Program-made: the position numbers and the translations under genes
The notes under the pieces: model-generated
Told to the model about the DNA's origin: nothing
The model's database searches: none
The model's input: only the letters and a program-made list of their open reading frames with translations
Shown: positions 52,110 through 64,000 of the stretch, piece after piece
Numbering within the stretch: position 1 is the first letter of the stretch
Layout: every line of letters starts with the position of its first letter
Origin: the human T2T-CHM13v2.0 reference genome, Homo sapiens
Assembly: GCF_009914755.1 (NCBI RefSeq)
Contig: NC_060944.1
Reading direction: 5' to 3' (one strand)
DNA length: 64,000 nucleotides

Positions 52110-52395
52110 AGAGATGATCTTGCTATGTTGCCTATGCTATGTTGCCTGGGCATAGCTCATTACTGATCAGCATGCAAGTTTTGACCTGCCCTGTTTCCAA
52201 CTTGGGTCACTTCCCAGTCTCCTTGGGCAACTTGATGATCACCTGCTCCCAGGAGGTCACTGTATTGATGCTGAACTTAGCATGGACACCTAATTGACAT
52301 ACCATACTATAGCCCAGAACTCCTAGATACAAGTGATCCTCCAGCCTCAGCCTCTTGAGTAACTTGTACAATAGGCATGTACCACTGCACCTGGC
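52110..52395 (-). pseudogene. 7SL (SRP RNA) processed pseudogene
   Basis: contains the S-domain absent from Alus (GGTGTCCATGCTAAGTTCAGCATCAATACAGTGACCTCC...GGAAACAGGGCAGGTCAAAACT..TGCTGATCAGTA on -). Confidence 0.9.
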
Positions 52396-52598
52396 TCCTT
52401 CTTAATTTTTTCTTTGACCCATTGGTCATTCAGGAGCATGTTGTTTAATTTCCATGTGTTTGTGTATTTTTCTGAGATTCCTCTTGTTATTGATTTCTGT
52501 AGTTTTATTCCATTGTGGTCAGAAAAAATACTTGATATGATTTCTATTTTTTCAAATAGAAGTCAGACTTGTTTTTTTTGGATAGAAATCAGACTTGA

Positions 52599-55278
<2,680 letters not shown>

Positions 55279-56720
55279 AAAACTGCTATTTTGAATTCCT
55301 GGTCAGAGAGCTCACAAGTTGCCATCTAGATAGGGTCACTCTCTGGATTTTTGGTTTGTCTTTTTGGGGAGGTCATATTCGTCTGTTTACTGTTGTTTCT
55401 TGTGGGTATATATATATGTTTTTGCAATGGAAGATTAGTTATTTATTCTAGTTTTCTCTGGCTTATTTTGCTTTTTATTGAACATATTTGCTTGGTGAAT
55501 CTTTGCTACTAAGTCGCTGCCTTCTCTGTGGCTGTAGGTGGCACGTTAAGCCCAGGTTTGCCTCTTCTCTTCTAAGTGGTCAGAGCGCTGCCTGTCCTAA
55601 ATGGAGGAGGTCCTAAAGATATTATCCCAGCAGTGAGGGAAGATTGTCTAGGAGTTCATGCCCAGGGGACCTGGGGAACTCCCTCCTACAGCATGGTGCT
55701 GGTGAACAGACACTCTGATTTAGCATCTCCTTTGGCTGAGTTACAAAGCGGTTTCTGAGGCTGGGGGTGGTAGTCCTGCCTACCCTGCTTGTTTCTGCCT
55801 GTCCTTAGGGTTAATTCTCCCTTCAGGCAGTCACGATGCTACCCATGGGTTAAAGCATGGAGAGGTCTCCTGCCTGGGAATCCAAGAAGTTGGAGAAGTG
55901 GCTGACAACCTCAATTTCACTTTTTCCATTGTAGAAACCATGAGCTGCAGGGAGACTGGTGCCAGGCATAATAGGGGGAGGGGCATCATGGATATGGAAG
56001 TCCAATTCTCCTGTCCTTTGCTTGAAGTTTTTCCTCTTCTCTGTGGCCCTGGGAATGGTCTCACCCTTGTACTTGAGCTCCGGGTTGTTGCTGGTGAGGA
56101 GTTTGGAGGTGCATATTTGGTTTTGGTTTTCTGTGGTGGGGATTGAAGCCATCTTGGAACTTCTTGTCATGTGTTTTTAAACACATCTATTTATAAGTGT
56201 AATATAAATAGTAAAAAAAAGTGTATTTTGTATGTTTTCTTTACATATATAATTTAGTAGATGTTTTAAAATAAAAATGAGACAATATTAAAGAGTATGA
56301 AACAATAGAAAAAATGAGATGAAATATGAACAGTTGATTTCTGTGTATGTGTATATACACACCTACACTTTCCTTTTAGATACTACAGTTTACTCTAAAA
56401 CATGAAAATTCAGAAGTCCTTATCAGGTACTTGGTTTCAAAAATAAACTATAAATTTGAAAAGGCAGAAGTAATGCGAGAGACATTGACCACAATGCAGA
56501 AATTTAAAAATGAAAGGTAACAAAAAATGTATCCATTTGGACATTGAAAACATACATTGGAGTCTTAGCTTACAGAAGAAGTAAAAGTAAAAATTGCAGC
56601 ATAAAGAAAGGAAATGACATTCAGCATACATTTCGGAAACTGAAAGATATTTTGATAAAAACAAGAAGAAGCAAATAAATGAGTTTAATACCAATGTAAG
56701 AAGCTGGAAAAGGACCAAAT

Positions 56721-56980
56721 GGCCAGGCATGGTGGTTCATACCTGAAATCCCAGCATTATGGGAGCCTGAAGTGGGAAGATACGTGGGACCAGGAGTTCA
56801 AGACCAGCCTGGGCAAGAGAGTGAGACACTGTCTCTAGTACAAAAATTAGCCAAGTGTGGTGGTGCTTGCTTGTAGTCCCAGCTACTTGGGAGGCTGAGG
56901 CAGGAGAATCACTTGGAATAGCCTGGGTAACAGAGCAAGGCCCCATCTCTTAAAAAAAAAAGAAAAAGAAAAAGAAAACC
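56721..56980 (+). mobile_element. AluJ with right-arm deletion
   Basis: consensus match. Confidence 0.8.
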
Positions 56981-57929
56981 AAAAGTAAGACATAACCACA
57001 GGTGTGGAGGAGAGTATGTAATTGTAAAGAAATACGATATAATCTTTGGCAAGAATAAAATTAGGAGAAAGGTATGTGCTTCTCTAGGAAGGACATGCCT
57101 GTTATTAAAAAGTGTTTAAAGAATAAGGAAAACCTTTGATTCACTAAACTGCAGGTCACTTCTCAGTAGTTTCAACCAGCACTTATTTTTTTGTGTCTGT
57201 ATTGTTTATTTGGAATTTTCCTCTATGGTTTGTTTAAATATCAGTAAAGATCTGAATGGCACTGTGTTTTTACTTCATCATTTGTACATAGGATGTTCAC
57301 CCATTGTTGAAGAAAGCGTTTTGTTTAGGAGAGAGTGTCTGTGTACTGTGGTGTGCGATGGTAGATGTGATTATCACTGAAGGTCACCGAAATGTGAAAA
57401 TCCCTGGTACTGGCTTGACAGCTGTGTGGAAATAAAGACAACTCAAACGGGAACAATCAGGGCCCACTTAGAAAGTGCTTGCTAAAGCAAGAGAGTCAGC
57501 CACTTTTGACAAAGTGGGAAAGCTTTGTAGTGAACAAAAGGGAAGGCATCAGATGTGCTGTTGACTGGAGGCTACTGACATGGGACACTGGAAGTGTCTA
57601 ATAAGCATTCAGGCATCTCATATGACTGGTTATGGGAGTACATTTGGCTTTCTCTGCTTGGTTCTGAGTTGGAAGCCAGGGCACAAATTAGAGAAGCTGC
57701 ATCACTGCCATGTCCTGACTGGTGTGGGTTTGTTGCTACAGCAGTTCCTGGTTTGCCTTTCTGAGCTGGTTGCTGCAAAGGGTGTGGGTCACACCCTGCT
57801 AAGATTCACACTGACAAATGTATGCAGGCTTGGGAGTGAATGGAGAGGAAGCCATTTAATCATGGGGCCAATGAGTCTCTGCCTTAATCATGGGATTTGA
57901 GGTGACATTCAGTGTTTTATACATTGATT

Positions 57930-58270
57930 GATTTCTTTATTGAAGTGAGTTTTATATAATATAAAACTAACCATTGTAAAGAGAACGACTCAGTGGCAGT
58001 TGGTAGATTCACAGTGTTGCTCAACCATTGCTTCCATCTAGTTCCAAACAATTCCATGTCAAAATATAGCTCTGTACCTACCTGTTAAGCACCTCCTTCT
58101 TATTTCTCCCTCCTCCTAGCCCCGGACAACTGCCAGTGCTCTTTTCATCCATATGGATTTACTTACTCTGAATGTTTTAAATAGAATCATACAATATGTG
58201 ACCTTTTGTGTTTGTCTGTTTTTCCTAAGCATGTCTTCAAGGTTCATCCACGTTGTAACAGATGTTATAA
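57930..58270 (-). mobile_element. L1MB-like 3' end
   Basis: TTTATTGAAGTGAGTTT...CAACCATTGCTTCCATCTAGTTCC. Confidence 0.65.
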
Positions 58271-58399
58271 TTACTTTCTTGTAATTTTCTTTCTCTTTTC
58301 ATTCCTTTTTTTTTTTTGACACAGGGTCTCACTCTGTTACCCAAGCTGGAGTGCGGTGGTTCAATCTCGGCTCACTGCAGCCTTGACCTCCCAGGCTCA

Positions 58400-58692
58400 A
58401 TTTTTCCATGGACAGGGTCAGGGGGATGGTTTTCGGATGAAACTGTTCCACCTTAGATCATCAGGAATTAGTTTGATTCTCATAAGGAGTGTGCAGCCTA
58501 GATCCTTTGCATGTGCAGTTCAGAATAGGGTTCATGTTCCTATGAGAATCTAATGCCACCGCTGATGTGACTGGAGGTGGGGCTCAGGCGGTAATACTTG
58601 CTGGCTCCTTTGTTCACCTCCTGCTCTGTGGCCCGGTTCCTAACAGGCCATGAACTGGTACCCATCCACGGCCTGGGGCTTGGGACCACTGC
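58400..58692. mobile_element. MER1B-type hAT DNA transposon (truncated), fused to a truncated Alu (58305-58399)
   Basis: GATGAAACTGTTCCACCTTAGATCATCAGG...GGCCCGGTTCCTAACAGGCC. Confidence 0.8.
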
Positions 58693-58719
58693 TTTAAATC
58701 CTAGATTACTTTAATACCT

Positions 58720-58918
58720 AGATTCCTAGGTTACTTATAATACCTAGTACAGTGCCTACATATAACTTTATTGGTGTGGATTTGACTTAGTATTTGGCTC
58801 AGGGAAAATTCAATTTTTGCTTTTTGGAACTTTGTGAAATTTAACATATTTTTGAATATTTTAAATCTGAGTTTGGTTAAATCCAGAGACACAGAACCCA
58901 TGGATACGGAAGGCCCAT
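58720..58918. mobile_element. MER2-type (Tigger) fragment
   Basis: CTAGGTTACTTATAATACCTA...GAACCCATGGATACGGA. Confidence 0.7.
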
Positions 58919-58919
58919 A

Positions 58920-59281
58920 ATATATACACAATGGAATATTACACAGACTTAAAAAGGAAGGTAATCCTGTCTCATGCTCCAACATGGATGAATCTTGAGT
59001 GCTAAGTGAAAGAATCCAGTCACAAAATGACTGTGTGATTTCACTTACATGAGTAATCTAAAGTAGAAAAATTCATAGAAACACAAAGTAGAATGGTATT
59101 TACTAGGGTGTGGAGGGAAGGGGAAAAATGGGGAGTTGTTTAATGACTATAGAGATTCCATTTTGCGTGATGCAGAAGTTCTGGGGACCTGGTCCACAAC
59201 ATTGTGAATATATTTAATGATACTAAAATATATGCTTAAAAATGACCAAGTTGGTAAATTTTGTTGTGTGTTTTAATATAA
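58920..59281 (+). mobile_element. L1MA/MB 3' end
   Basis: ATATACACAATGGAATATTAC...ACATGGATGAATCTTGAG. Confidence 0.75.
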
Positions 59282-59946
<665 letters not shown>

Positions 59947-60279
59947 GTTTAAAAAGTGTAAGCCAAATTGTGAGTGAATGAGAGAGAGAGAAGTAGGGTG
60001 GGGTGGGAGGTGTGTGTGAGTGTCTAGATAAATATTTGATCAGTTTGCAGAAGCAAATGAATTTCATCATCAGGGCAAATTTATTGGAGAAAGTTTTGCC
60101 ATGGTGAAGGTATTTCCTTGGGATAGGAATGAAGCAGGGAAATACTAATTTGTGCCTCTGGATATTTAAATTATTCAATGACAATCTGTTTAGATGTCTT
60201 TGCATAGATAATGCAAATTAGATTGGGAATTGCCAAAATTTGGTGCCTGAACAATGTAATTTTAAAATTTTTTAGATGA

Positions 60280-60656
<377 letters not shown>

Positions 60657-60659
60657 ACT

Positions 60660-64000
<3,341 letters not shown>

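Noticed and set aside
57400-57820. Possible old LTR
   Set aside because: Could not define termini or family by eye

Overview
Eukaryotic, primate (very probably human, 20p11.21) repeat-dense genomic DNA, not prokaryotic; there are no CRISPR arrays, operons or rRNA/tRNA genes. The only well-supported protein-coding gene is NANP (N-acetylneuraminate-9-phosphate phosphatase, HAD family, 248 aa) on the minus strand. It has exon 1 CDS at 21405-21494, exon 2 CDS at 13471-14127 and a probable ~3 kb 3' UTR. Its CpG-island promoter (perfect NRF1 palindrome) is probably shared head-to-head with the lncRNA ZNF337-AS1 (recalled, not derivable from sequence). The rest is transposon-derived: ~50 Alus, many L1 fragments including a near-full-length ancient L1, a two-LTR MER4-type provirus nested in an L1, several solo LTRs, DNA-transposon relics and a 7SL pseudogene. 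The most unusual observations are (i) a 26/28-bp minisatellite with 12 CACGTG E-boxes, (ii) a rearranged HERV-K relic where an LTR+PBS abuts an inverted, in-frame capsid-then-matrix gag chimera, (iii) two distant AluYs sharing a cluster of non-consensus changes and (iv) a strong repeat-orientation bias downstream of the promoter. I found no convincing new coding system. Repeat subfamily names are from memory of consensus sequences and need RepeatMasker/Dfam confirmation; repeat boundaries are approximate unless a TSD is given.
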